A DNA stretch of 37,416 nucleotides, taken from positions 1 to 37,416 of IMG/VR virus record IMGVR_UViG_3300048851_000034. One strand, written 5' to 3'. The notes beneath the pieces are model-generated. The model did no database searches, was not told the origin of the DNA, and saw only the letters and a program-made list of their open reading frames with translations. Positions 15,895-25,297 of this stretch are shown here, in pieces; the first letter of the stretch is position 1; each line of letters opens with the position of its first letter. Position numbers and translations under genes: made by a program. The DNA is from a virus (Duplodnaviria > Caudoviricetes).

Positions 15895-16009
15895 CTTCGC
15901 TCGGGTTTGGGTGATTTTTTCGAGGTCCTTACTTCCTTTCTGGAGCCCTGCCGCGCGATGCGACCCACCTGACCGTGAGGCCAGGCGCGGCGCGGGCTCC
16001 AACCTCATA

Positions 16010-16081
16010 ACGCAAAAGCGTAAAAACGCAAAAACGTAAGGACGTCTAAGCGTCTTTGCCTGTTTGCGTTTTTCCGTTTGG
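16010..16081. repeat. 8-bp-period array 5 (nine units, inverted halves)
   Basis: ACGCAAAA GCGTAAAA ACGCAAAA ACGTAAGG ACGTCTAA GCGTCTTT GCCTGTTT GCGTTTTT CCGTTTGG. Confidence 0.75.
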
Positions 16082-16091
16082 TCCTTTCTCC

Positions 16092-16664
16092 ATGGGCAAG
16101 ATCATCAGCAAGCAGGAACTGGCCGACCTGATCGGCAAGTCGCCCCGCTGGATAACGAAGCTGATCGACGACGGCCTGCCCGTTGCCGGCGGCGGCGGCA
16201 AGGGTGTCCCGGTGCAGATCGATAGCGAGCAGGCCATTAACTGGTTGATCGCCAACGCGCTGCGCAAAGAGATCGGCGACGACGATGACGACGAGGAGGG
16301 CAACGGCTCGGCCTCGTCGGAGGACAAGCTACTAAAGCGAGCGCGCCGCGAAAAACTGCAGATCGAGATCGACACGGCCAGGAGCCGCATGGTCCCGGTC
16401 GAGGGTGTCGTGTTCTTTCTCAAAACCATCGCCGCCGTTTACGCAACGCAACTCGACTCGGTTGCCAGCCGGCTCGCGAGTGACCTGGCGGTGATCGATG
16501 ACCCTGCCACAATCCGAGCGCGACTATTTGACGAAATGCGGCGGATTAGAGCGTCTACCGCCGACCGCCTTGAATCTCGCTCACGGGAGCTCGTTGCTCA
16601 AACTGGCCAGCTCAATCTCGACGCTGGCGACGCTGGTGAAGGCGCCACCGAGGCGGACGGCTGA
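16092..16664 (+). CDS. Terminase small subunit (Nu1-like), 190 aa
   Basis: ISKQELADLIGKSPRWITKLIDDGLPV..GGKG winged HTH; coiled coil. Confidence 0.88.
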   Translation: MGKIISKQELADLIGKSPRWITKLIDDGLPVAGGGGKGVPVQIDSEQAINWLIANALRKEIGDDDDDEEGNGSASSEDKLLKRARREKLQIEIDTARSRMVPVEGVVFFLKTIAAVYATQLDSVASRLASDLAVIDDPATIRARLFDEMRRIRASTADRLESRSRELVAQTGQLNLDAGDAGEGATEADG

Positions 16665-18618
16665 CGAATGGGCTCGCGACAACCGCGTCATGCCCCCGGC
16701 CGCGCCTATCCCTGGCCCGTTCAACCCTGACGCAAACCCCTACATGCGCCCCGTTGCCTGGGCGTTCGCGCAACCCTGTTTTTCCCGCGTGACGTTTGTC
16801 ATGGGGACCCAAATGGGCAAGTCGGTCACGATGGAAAACGTCTGTGGCCACCGCCTGGACGAAGACCCGACGCCGATCATGTACGTCGCGCCCACGGCGC
16901 CGTTGCTCAAGAGCACGATTGTCCCGAAATTTATGGATATGATCCGCGGCTGCGACTCGCTGCTCGAGAAGTACCACGCCGCCACGTCCAGTACGTTCGT
17001 CAAGTGGATCGGCGCGACGAAGCTGCGCTTTGCCTGGGCTGGCTCGCCGACCGAACTGGCGGCCGACTCGGCTGGTTTGATCCTTGTCGACGAGGTCGAT
17101 CGAATCGTAAACACCAGCGAAGGTGATACGACTGAGATCATCGAGGCCCGGGGCGACGCTTATGTCGACTCGAAGGTCGGTTACACCGCCACGCCTACTG
17201 GCGGCAAGGTGACCAAGCGGCCCGACGAGCGAACCGGCCTGTGGCACTGGCAGAAGACGAAGGCCGCGGCGCTGGGCTCCAAGGTCTGGCAGCTCTGGCA
17301 GTCCGGCACGCGGCATGAGTGGGCCATTCCTTGCCCGCACTGTGGCAAATACTTTATTCCCCATAGCGATCTGCTCTGGTGGCCTGGCAAGGGCGAGCCC
17401 GAGAAAGAATGCAGCCCGGACGAGGCCGAGCAGTTCGCTCGGCTGACCTGCCCGAGCTCGGGGTGCCAGATCGAGGACAAGTGGCGCCCGTGGATGAATG
17501 CCCGCGGCGTCGCCGTTGCACCTGGCGAACGAATCACCCGATGCGTCGACGGTGAAAAGGGCGAGCTGCAGGGCACCGCTGACACGGCTGGCTTTACGCA
17601 TTACTCGATCTGGATCTCGGGGCTCTGCAGTTTCGCGGCGAAAAAGTCCTATGGCTTTCTCGCTAAAAAGTTGCTGGGCGCGCAGATCTCCGGCTCGCCG
17701 GCCACCCTGCAGGGCGTACTCAATACCGGCTTTGGCGAGTGCTATGCAGATGCGGGTGACGTCCCGTCCTGGGAGGAGATCCGGGCCGCGTGCTTCGGCT
17801 ATGCCGAGGGCGTGCTGCTGCTGCCGCCATCGCATATTTTCTGCACGGTCGACGTCCAGAAAAATCGCCTCGTCTACGTGGTTCGGGCCTGGTATCCGGG
17901 CATGGGCTCGGCGCTGCTCGAGCATGGCGAGCTGTGGGGCGAGACCGATCAAGATGGCGTATGGGACCAGCTCGGCGAGCTGCTCGATACCGACTACAAC
18001 GGTTTCAGCATTGGCACCATGGGCGTCGATATCGGCTATCGAGACGATAAGGTCTATGCCTTTATCCATGCCCATCAGGGTCGAGTGCTGGCCTTGCGTG
18101 GTCGCGACAAGCTGGAAAAGCCATTCAAAAAGGAAATGGTAGAGGTCAACAAACTCGGCAAGGTCCGCAAGCGCGGCGACAGTCGCTGGGCCTTCGATTC
18201 GCCTCTGGCTAAGCGCTGGGTGCATAGCCGTTTTGGTCGGCCGGATACTCGGCCGGGCTGGTGGCTGCTGCACGCACAAGTCACCGACGATTACTGCAAG
18301 CAGATCGTCGGCGAGGAGTGGCGCGAGGCCGAGGGCCGATTCGCGCAGGTCGGTGAAAACCATTACCTCGACTGCGAGGCGATGCAATACATCCTCGCCC
18401 TGCGCGAGAAGCTGCACCGCGGCAAGGTCGGCGTGTTAACCCGCGCCCAACTCAAGGACGCGGTGAAAGTCGCCAACGGCGAGTCGCTGGAGCCTGAAAC
18501 GGCGCCCGCGGCCGAGCCTTCGCCAGCCCCTGCGCTGGTCCCTGACTCACCAGATCCTGCCCCACCCGAGCCTGCCCCGAAAAAGGGTGGGCGTTTCAGA
18601 ATCAACCGCAAGCGGTAA
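16498..18618 (+). CDS. Terminase large subunit (lambda GpA family); true start probably ~16570-16600
   Basis: EWARDNR, MGTQMGKS, LILVDEVD, CPHCG, TVDVQ, NHYLDC. Confidence 0.93.
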   Translation: MTLPQSERDYLTKCGGLERLPPTALNLAHGSSLLKLASSISTLATLVKAPPRRTADEWARDNRVMPPAAPIPGPFNPDANPYMRPVAWAFAQPCFSRVTFVMGTQMGKSVTMENVCGHRLDEDPTPIMYVAPTAPLLKSTIVPKFMDMIRGCDSLLEKYHAATSSTFVKWIGATKLRFAWAGSPTELAADSAGLILVDEVDRIVNTSEGDTTEIIEARGDAYVDSKVGYTATPTGGKVTKRPDERTGLWHWQKTKAAALGSKVWQLWQSGTRHEWAIPCPHCGKYFIPHSDLLWWPGKGEPEKECSPDEAEQFARLTCPSSGCQIEDKWRPWMNARGVAVAPGERITRCVDGEKGELQGTADTAGFTHYSIWISGLCSFAAKKSYGFLAKKLLGAQISGSPATLQGVLNTGFGECYADAGDVPSWEEIRAACFGYAEGVLLLPPSHIFCTVDVQKNRLVYVVRAWYPGMGSALLEHGELWGETDQDGVWDQLGELLDTDYNGFSIGTMGVDIGYRDDKVYAFIHAHQGRVLALRGRDKLEKPFKKEMVEVNKLGKVRKRGDSRWAFDSPLAKRWVHSRFGRPDTRPGWWLLHAQVTDDYCKQIVGEEWREAEGRFAQVGENHYLDCEAMQYILALREKLHRGKVGVLTRAQLKDAVKVANGESLEPETAPAAEPSPAPALVPDSPDPAPPEPAPKKGGRFRINRKR

Positions 18619-18621
18619 CCC

Positions 18622-19143
18622 ATGGAACCGACCCAACTGCACGCCGGCGACTCGATCGCCTGGGCGCGGGATGCCCGTGCCTATCCGTCCGCCGCTGGCT
18701 GGTCCCTGCTGTTCTCGCTGCGCGGGGCGGCGGGCCTGGATCTGACCAGCACGGGCGGCGAGCCTTTCCAGTTCGCCGCCACGTCGAGCCAGACCATGGC
18801 CCTCCCGGCCGGCGTCTATCGCTGGGCCTGCTACGCCGTCCGCGGCGACGATCGCCAGACCCTGGCCAGCGGCGAACTGACCGTGTTGCCGGATCTGCTG
18901 CAGGCCGGCCCTATCGATGGCCGAACCCACGCCAGGCGAATGCTGGATCTGATCGAGGCGGCGCTCGAAAAGCGCATCCCAAAGGACCAGCAGAGCTATG
19001 AGATCGACGGAATGCGGCTGGATCGCATCCCGATCGAGCGCCTCGAGGCCCTGCGCTCCCGCTACCGCCGCGAGGTGGCCAGCGAGCAGCGTCGGGCGAG
19101 TGGTCGAGGCTTCGTCCGCTACACCCGCGGGAGGCTTAGCTAA
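18622..19143 (+). CDS. Head completion/joining protein (gpW-like C-terminus), 173 aa
   Basis: Between terminase and portal; QSYEIDGMRLDRIPIERLEALR. Confidence 0.6.
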   Translation: MEPTQLHAGDSIAWARDARAYPSAAGWSLLFSLRGAAGLDLTSTGGEPFQFAATSSQTMALPAGVYRWACYAVRGDDRQTLASGELTVLPDLLQAGPIDGRTHARRMLDLIEAALEKRIPKDQQSYEIDGMRLDRIPIERLEALRSRYRREVASEQRRASGRGFVRYTRGRLS

Positions 19144-20654
19144 TGGGCCGGTTTACTGAATGGCTGGGCGTTCGCACTCGTCGACGCCCTGTCGAGCGTG
19201 AGGAGCCGTCCCTAGGCGCAGCCGCTGCAGGCCCTGACGCCACCCGGTCGTTTCAGATGGCCAGGCATAACCGTCTGACCAATAGCTGGACGCGCCGCGC
19301 GGGCTACGGCGATGCGAATCAGGAGATTTATGCGGACCACGCCTCTCTCATGGCGCGCGCCCGCGAGCAGTCGATCAACAACGGCTATGCAAAGCGCTTC
19401 TATCGCCTGCTAAAGCAGAACGTGATCGGCTCCCGCGGCATTCAGCTTATGTCGAAGGCGGTCGGCCTGGACGGCAAGCCCGACCGGGCAACGCGCAAGG
19501 CGATCGAGCTGGAGTGGTGGAAGTGGTGCAAGCGTGGCAATTGCGACGTGACGCGCTCACTTTCGTTCTGGCAGTTCCAAAGGCTTTGGCTGGAGACGCT
19601 CGCGCGTGACGGCGAGGTCATGGTGCGCCTGGTGCGCAACTTCCCGAACCGCCACGGCTTCGCTCTGCAGATCCTCGAGGTCGATCGCCTGGATCTGACG
19701 CTGAATCAGGAGCTCACCAACGGCCATAGGATTCGCATGGGCGTCGAGCGCGATGCCTGGGAGGCGCCAGTAGCTTACTGGCTGCTCCGATCGCACCCGG
19801 GGGATATTTATCAGGGTCGGCCCGAGGAGAAGTATGACCGCATTCCGGTCGAGGAACTTCGCCACTCGTTCGAGCCATGGCGGCCTCACCAGTCGCGCGG
19901 CTTCACCTGGTCCCACGCTTCGGCACTGAACCTGCACCACCTCGGCGAATACCACAACGCAGAGTTAATCGCCGCGGAAATGGGCGCCAAGATTACCGGC
20001 ATTTACGAGCAGGACGCCGACGCGATCGACGACCCTGGCGCAGCAGACGACGGCGAGATCGAGGAGGAGATCCAAGCAGGCACCAACAAGCTGCTGCCCT
20101 ACGGCGTGAAGTGGAAACCCTTCAACAACACGCACCCCTCGAGCAACTTCGCGCCCTTCACCAAAACGGCGCTACGTGGCTTCGCCGCCGGCGTCGGCCC
20201 TGGCTACAACAAGATCTCCGGCGACCTCGAGTCGGTCAGCTTTTCCGCATTGCGATCGGGCGAGCTCGACGAGCGTGATTTTTACAAGGATACGCAGCAG
20301 TTCGCTATCGACGAGCTGCTCGAGGTAGTGGGCGACACCTGGCTCGCAATGGCCACCCTCAAGGGTGTGCTGCGCTTGCCGGCCCGTACCGCTGAGCTGT
20401 GGAACGAATTGGGCTGGGCGCCTCGCGGCTGGGATTGGGTAGACCCGAGCAAGGATTCCAAGGCTGCGAGCGAGTCGATCGGCAACCGCACCAAGACCCG
20501 CGGCGAATACATCAGATCCACCGGCCGCGACCCGGACGAAGTGTTTGCCGAAATGGCCGAGGAGGAAGCGCGTTTGCGCGAGCTCGGCCTCTCCCCTGAA
20601 TTGCCGGCCCCTGGCCAGCCCATCCCGGAAAAACCCGATGACGATGACGACTGA
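19143..20654 (+). CDS. Portal protein, lambda family, 503 aa
   Basis: ARAREQSINNGYA, RDGEV, RPHQSRG, GWDWVDPSKD. Confidence 0.92.
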   Translation: MGRFTEWLGVRTRRRPVEREEPSLGAAAAGPDATRSFQMARHNRLTNSWTRRAGYGDANQEIYADHASLMARAREQSINNGYAKRFYRLLKQNVIGSRGIQLMSKAVGLDGKPDRATRKAIELEWWKWCKRGNCDVTRSLSFWQFQRLWLETLARDGEVMVRLVRNFPNRHGFALQILEVDRLDLTLNQELTNGHRIRMGVERDAWEAPVAYWLLRSHPGDIYQGRPEEKYDRIPVEELRHSFEPWRPHQSRGFTWSHASALNLHHLGEYHNAELIAAEMGAKITGIYEQDADAIDDPGAADDGEIEEEIQAGTNKLLPYGVKWKPFNNTHPSSNFAPFTKTALRGFAAGVGPGYNKISGDLESVSFSALRSGELDERDFYKDTQQFAIDELLEVVGDTWLAMATLKGVLRLPARTAELWNELGWAPRGWDWVDPSKDSKAASESIGNRTKTRGEYIRSTGRDPDEVFAEMAEEEARLRELGLSPELPAPGQPIPEKPDDDDD

Positions 20655-22482
20655 CCCGTCGCTGCTACTGCGCGAGCTGGGGGGTAAGCCCCTGCACCGC
20701 TCCATGGCGGTCGACCTGTCCACCCTCAACAAAGAAAACCGAACGGTCGAGATCGCGGCCTCGAGCGAATACCCCGTGCTGCGCTGGTTCGGCATGGAGA
20801 TCCTCGACCACTCCGAGGCATCGGTCGACCTCACCCGCATGAATTCCGGCGCCCCGTTGCTGGATATGCACGATCGCTGGTCGCAGATCGGCATCGTCGA
20901 ATTGGCATGGCTCGACGATGACCGAAAGCTGCGCTGTCGCGTGCGTTTCTCCCGCAGCCAGGCCGCCGAGGAGGTCTGGCAGGACGTGGTCGACCAGATC
21001 CGCGTCAACGTTTCGATTGGCTACAACCCAATCACGATGGCCCTCGAGCGAACCGAGGGCGACACCAAGTTTTACCGCGTCACTCGCTGGGAGCCTTACG
21101 AGGTTTCGAGCGTTTCGATTCCGGCTGACCCGACTGTCGGGGTGGGCCGTTCCCTTCCTGAAATTGAACAACCGAACATCGTTCGAGGACCTGAAATGTC
21201 TGTAGCAACCACCACCACCACCGGCGCCCCCGACACCGCTGCAGCTCTGCAGGCCGATCGTCAGCGCGGCATGGATATCCTGGCTCTGTGCGAGCAGCAC
21301 GGTAAGCGCGACCTGGCGATGCCAGCGATCGCCGAGGGCCTGAGCGTCGAGCAGGTTAGCGCCCGCATCCTGGGCGCCCTGACCCCGGCGGCTTTGGGCC
21401 AGGGTCCCGAAAGCAAACGCACCAGCGACTTGCCGGGCTTCGTCAAAGACGTTTCAGCCCGCGGCCTGGGCCTGACCGAAAAAGAGGGCCAGCGTTACTC
21501 GCTGATCCGTGCGATCGAGGCATCTGCATCCAATGATTGGAAAGCGGCCGGTTTCGAGCGCGAGGTCTCGATCGCTGTAGCCGACGCGATGGGCCGTGAG
21601 GCTCGCGGCTTCTTCGTTCCGCATGACCTGCTCGCGGCCCGCGCTGGCATGAGCAAGGCGCCTGGCGTCGGTGCTGAGCTGGTCGACACCGAGCTGCGCA
21701 TCGATCAATTTATTGATCTGGTGCGTAACCGCACCGTCACCGCTGCCCTGGGCGCCCGGATCATGGCCGGCCTGCAGGGTGACGTCGACATTCCGAAAAA
21801 GATCGGCGGCGCCAACTTCCAGTGGCTGGCCGAGGGCCAGAACGTCGAGCTGTCGAAAATGGACCTGACCACCGTGGGTCTGCGCCTCAAGACCATCGCG
21901 GGCGGTATCCCGGTCACTCGCAAGCTGCGCAACCAATCTGCAATGTCGATCGATCGCCTGATTGTCGACGAACTGATCGGTGGCGTCGCGGTGGCCATGG
22001 ACCTCGGCATCTTGACCGGCACTGGCGAGAACAACACGCCGCTGGGCGTTTTCTCGCAGCCAGGCATCCCGGGCCTGAAGTACGCGGCCAGCGGTATCAC
22101 GTTCGACGATCTGGTCGACATGGAAACCAAAATCGCGACCTTCAACGCGGACATGGGCGCTCTGCAGTACCTGACTGGCACCGCACAGCGCGGCTACGCC
22201 AAGAAGAAGAAAGAAGACCCGGACGGCGCCTCGAGCGATCGCCTGTGGCGCGGTAACGAGGTCAACGGCCACAAGGCTATGGCCTCGAACCAAGTGCCCG
22301 CCGATGCCTGGGCCTTCGGCGACTGGTCGCAGATCATCATCGGTCTGTGGGGTGCGCTGGATCTCAAGCCTGACACCGCCGCTCTGGCCGGTAGCGATGG
22401 CCTGGTGATCCGTGTGTTCCAAGACTGCGACACCGCCAACCGCAACCCGTCGAGCTTCTGCATCGCGCGTAAGACGCAATAA
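20638..22482 (+). CDS. Fused prohead protease-scaffold-major capsid protein (HK97 fold), ~614 aa
   Basis: Protease motifs PLLDMH, VSIGY, WEPYEVSSVSIPADPTVGVGRS; capsid motifs WLAEG, ILTGTG..PLG, FGDWS. Confidence 0.9.
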   Translation: MTMTTDPSLLLRELGGKPLHRSMAVDLSTLNKENRTVEIAASSEYPVLRWFGMEILDHSEASVDLTRMNSGAPLLDMHDRWSQIGIVELAWLDDDRKLRCRVRFSRSQAAEEVWQDVVDQIRVNVSIGYNPITMALERTEGDTKFYRVTRWEPYEVSSVSIPADPTVGVGRSLPEIEQPNIVRGPEMSVATTTTTGAPDTAAALQADRQRGMDILALCEQHGKRDLAMPAIAEGLSVEQVSARILGALTPAALGQGPESKRTSDLPGFVKDVSARGLGLTEKEGQRYSLIRAIEASASNDWKAAGFEREVSIAVADAMGREARGFFVPHDLLAARAGMSKAPGVGAELVDTELRIDQFIDLVRNRTVTAALGARIMAGLQGDVDIPKKIGGANFQWLAEGQNVELSKMDLTTVGLRLKTIAGGIPVTRKLRNQSAMSIDRLIVDELIGGVAVAMDLGILTGTGENNTPLGVFSQPGIPGLKYAASGITFDDLVDMETKIATFNADMGALQYLTGTAQRGYAKKKKEDPDGASSDRLWRGNEVNGHKAMASNQVPADAWAFGDWSQIIIGLWGALDLKPDTAALAGSDGLVIRVFQDCDTANRNPSSFCIARKTQ

Positions 22483-22504
22483 CCAACCTTAGCGGGCAGG
22501 CATG

Positions 22505-22526
22505 GGGACCTTCGGGTCCCTTTTTT
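22505..22526 (+). terminator. Terminator after the capsid gene
   Basis: GGGACC-TTCG-GGTCCC-T6. Confidence 0.85.
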
Positions 22527-22556
22527 ATTTCCAGCACAACCCGGGAGAAAGCCGGA

Positions 22557-22970
22557 ATGAGCAATATCAGCCTGGCGATCGGTTATCTGATCGTCGTTAT
22601 GCACCAGTTCTGGGATGGTCCCAAGCTGATCGAAGTCGGCACCACGCTCGACGTTTCGCGCCAGATCCGAAACAACCTGGTGGGCGGTCAAGTCGCCCGC
22701 GACGCCACCGACGAGGAGATCGCCGCTTATCGCAGCGACAGTAAAGCGGCCGAGGAGGGCGGCGACGATGATCGAACAACCATTGCCGCACTGGCTACGG
22801 CGCAAGCCGAACTCGGCCAAGTGGCCGCTGCGCGTGACGCGCTGCAGGAGAAAGTCACGGGGCTCGAGGCCCTGCTCGGCACGCTGACCACCGAGCGCGA
22901 CACTCTGCGCACCGACCTCGAGGCCCTCAAAGCTAAGAAGTCGGGCAAGCCCGCCCCGGCCGCTGAATGA
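22557..22970 (+). CDS. Hypothetical head-associated protein, 137 aa
   Basis: RBS GGAGA; C-terminal coiled coil; follows the capsid gene. Confidence 0.7.
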   Translation: MSNISLAIGYLIVVMHQFWDGPKLIEVGTTLDVSRQIRNNLVGGQVARDATDEEIAAYRSDSKAAEEGGDDDRTTIAALATAQAELGQVAAARDALQEKVTGLEALLGTLTTERDTLRTDLEALKAKKSGKPAPAAE

Positions 22971-23365
22971 TCGGCGATGACGACCTCGCGTCGTTCTTCG
23001 ATCCCGAGGAGTTCGGCTGTCGTGTGGTGATTATCGGCGGCGGTGGCGTGCCAGCCGACGTCCTGGGCATGTGGGGCGACCCTGCTGCCTTTGGACGGAT
23101 ACAGCGCCCCGACGTGGCCAAGGGCGCCGCGCAATTGCGCGTCCGTGCTGACCTCAAGGTGCTGCAGGTCCCTAACGAGGACGTGCCGGCCGATTGGTCA
23201 GTCGCCAAGGTCGTCGACGCCGGCGTCGAATTCGCTATCACTGAGGTCGCGCCGCATGGCCGGCTTCGCTCGCTGCTGACGCTGGTCCCATACGGCGATC
23301 GCGCCGATCGCGCCAAGGACACCAAGTCAAATGGCTGGATTCCGAATCGACCTCGAGCTGGCTGA
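22967..23365 (+). CDS. Head-tail joining protein, 132 aa
   Basis: DLASFFDPEEFG start; synteny. Confidence 0.65.
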   Translation: MIGDDDLASFFDPEEFGCRVVIIGGGGVPADVLGMWGDPAAFGRIQRPDVAKGAAQLRVRADLKVLQVPNEDVPADWSVAKVVDAGVEFAITEVAPHGRLRSLLTLVPYGDRADRAKDTKSNGWIPNRPRAG

Positions 23366-23861
23366 GGGCTTCGCCGCTGTGCCCGAGATCCTCAATCGGG
23401 CGCAGCGCCAGCTTGACCTTGCCGCGGCCCGCGCGCTGCGCAAAACCGCACAGTGGTTGCGGACGCACAGCACGCGGGAGATCGCCAAAACCCTCGGGAT
23501 AGTGCAAAGCCCGGTCCGTCACCGCTACAACATTTTCAGCCAGGCCGCCGGCAACCAAGTCAAGGTTTGGGTCGGCCTGCAACCCATTTCAGTCCACTAC
23601 CTCGGCAACCCCAAACAGACCGCCACCGGCGTCGCTGTGGGCCATCGCACCTATGACGATGCGTTCATCAGCCAGGTAAAGAACGGCCCGGCCATGGTCT
23701 GGCGCCGCAAGGGCCGCGAGCGGCTCCCCCTGGTGCGCGTCACCGAGGATTGGGAAGGCCCCGCCCTGGATCTCCTCGGCCGCTGGGAGAAGCGCGCGCA
23801 GGCGCGTTTCGTCGAGCTATTCGAGCAAGAGGCACGCTATGCCCTTAAATCGTCTGGATAG
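23331..23861 (+). CDS. Tail completion protein (lambda gpZ-like), 176 aa
   Basis: AAARALRKTAQWLRT...WRRKGRERLPL. Confidence 0.7.
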   Translation: MAGFRIDLELAEGFAAVPEILNRAQRQLDLAAARALRKTAQWLRTHSTREIAKTLGIVQSPVRHRYNIFSQAAGNQVKVWVGLQPISVHYLGNPKQTATGVAVGHRTYDDAFISQVKNGPAMVWRRKGRERLPLVRVTEDWEGPALDLLGRWEKRAQARFVELFEQEARYALKSSG

Positions 23862-24381
23862 AGTTTCAGACCTGTTTTTCGCAATAGGCGACGCCATCCT
23901 GCAGGCCGATATCGGCGTCAGTGTTGGCAATTACGACGCCTTTGACGGCGTGGTGCGCGATGCGACTGTGTTGATCGAGCTCGAGGGCACCGCCCCGGCC
24001 GATCGCAGCAACGACGGTCGAATCGGCCACCAAATCAACGTGACGCTGCACGGCGTCGTCGGACGGTGGCGGGAGCACGCAGCGCTCGAGGCGGCCAACC
24101 TGGCCACCCTGCTCGAGCGTCTGGCCAAGGATAACCGCTGGGGCCTTCCGGGCCGTCAGTGTGGCTTTCCGCAGAACCTGCGCAGCGGCCCCTCGATGTT
24201 CCAGAACGGCGCCGAGGGTTATGACGCCTGGGCGGCCAGCTTCACGCAAACCGTCTATATCGGCGACGTCCTCGAGGTCGACCCGGTGATAACCGCCATG
24301 CCGCTCGCGGCTTGTTCCTGGCAGGTCCCCAGCCTGGACGATCCGGCGCAATACCGCCCTATCGAGGATCTAGACCCATGA
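23839..24381 (+). CDS. Putative tail terminator, 180 aa
   Basis: Synteny; NRWGL...GYDAWAASFTQTVYIG. Confidence 0.55.
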   Translation: MPLNRLDRVSDLFFAIGDAILQADIGVSVGNYDAFDGVVRDATVLIELEGTAPADRSNDGRIGHQINVTLHGVVGRWREHAALEAANLATLLERLAKDNRWGLPGRQCGFPQNLRSGPSMFQNGAEGYDAWAASFTQTVYIGDVLEVDPVITAMPLAACSWQVPSLDDPAQYRPIEDLDP

Positions 24382-24950
24382 TGGACGCGATCGCGCGAAT
24401 GATTAGCGCCGAGGTGCGGCCGTTGATCGACGAGATCCTCGACTTGCGCACCGAGATCGAGGACCTGCGCCGGCGCACCGAAAACACCATCCGCATCGGC
24501 ATCGTCGAGTCGGTCGACGCCGGTAGCGGTCGCGCGGTGGTCGGGCATGGAGATCTGAAAACGCCGTCTGTGCGCTACTTCATGCCCTCGGCCGGTGAGC
24601 AGAGCGAAACCCGCCACCCTTCGGCCGGCGAGCAGTGCCTGCTCCTGAATTTCGGCGGTGGCGATAGCGGCGCGCAGACGGTCGCCCTGTGCGGCATCCC
24701 TTGCGATGCCTTTCCCCTGCCGTCCACCAGTGCCACCGAGACCCGCCGCATCTACAAGGACGGCACGGCCAGCAGCTACGACCACGCCACGCACGAATTC
24801 ACCTGGGCCAGCGGCCCGCTGAGCGTCACGGCCACCCGCGAAAGCGTCGAGGTGCTGCTCGGCGCTGTGGGCTTTGTGCTCGATCAGGCCGGCGTGCATT
24901 TCCTCGGCCCCCTGGTCGACCACATGGGCAAGCTCATTAGTAAGGCGTAG
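24378..24950 (+). CDS. Baseplate spike (P2 gpV-like), 190 aa
   Basis: IRIGIVESVD, PSAGEQCLLL, YKDGTASSYD. Confidence 0.85.
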   Translation: MMDAIARMISAEVRPLIDEILDLRTEIEDLRRRTENTIRIGIVESVDAGSGRAVVGHGDLKTPSVRYFMPSAGEQSETRHPSAGEQCLLLNFGGGDSGAQTVALCGIPCDAFPLPSTSATETRRIYKDGTASSYDHATHEFTWASGPLSVTATRESVEVLLGAVGFVLDQAGVHFLGPLVDHMGKLISKA

Positions 24951-24958
24951 GCCCCCGC

Positions 24959-25297
24959 ATGATCGGAATCGATAGAAGAACCGGCGCCGCCGTCAACGAC
25001 TGGGAGCAGTTCGTACAGCGCGCCACGCGGGCGCTTACCACCCCCATCGGCACGCGCACCAAGCGGCCGACCTACGGCTCGGACCTTCCCGAGCTGTTAG
25101 CCAAAAACACCGGCGATGGCCTGCTGCTGCTCGCGCAGAGCTACGCCTCGGCGACCTTTTACAACGAGATCAACGGCATCAGCGACTTCGCGCCCGAGAC
25201 AGTGCTCGCCAGTCGGCGCACCAGCGGCGCCGGCGTGCTCCTGCAGATCTCGGGCACCTGGCGCAATCGCAAAATGACGTTCGAGGTGGCGACGTGA
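24959..25297 (+). CDS. Baseplate wedge (P2 gpW / gp25-like), 112 aa
   Basis: MIGIDRRTG...LTTPIGTRTKRPTYGSDLPEL. Confidence 0.85.
   Translation: MIGIDRRTGAAVNDWEQFVQRATRALTTPIGTRTKRPTYGSDLPELLAKNTGDGLLLLAQSYASATFYNEINGISDFAPETVLASRRTSGAGVLLQISGTWRNRKMTFEVAT

Noticed and set aside
16612-18417. 601-aa minus-strand ORF
   Set aside because: Antisense shadow of the terminase in GC-rich DNA; no recognisable motifs
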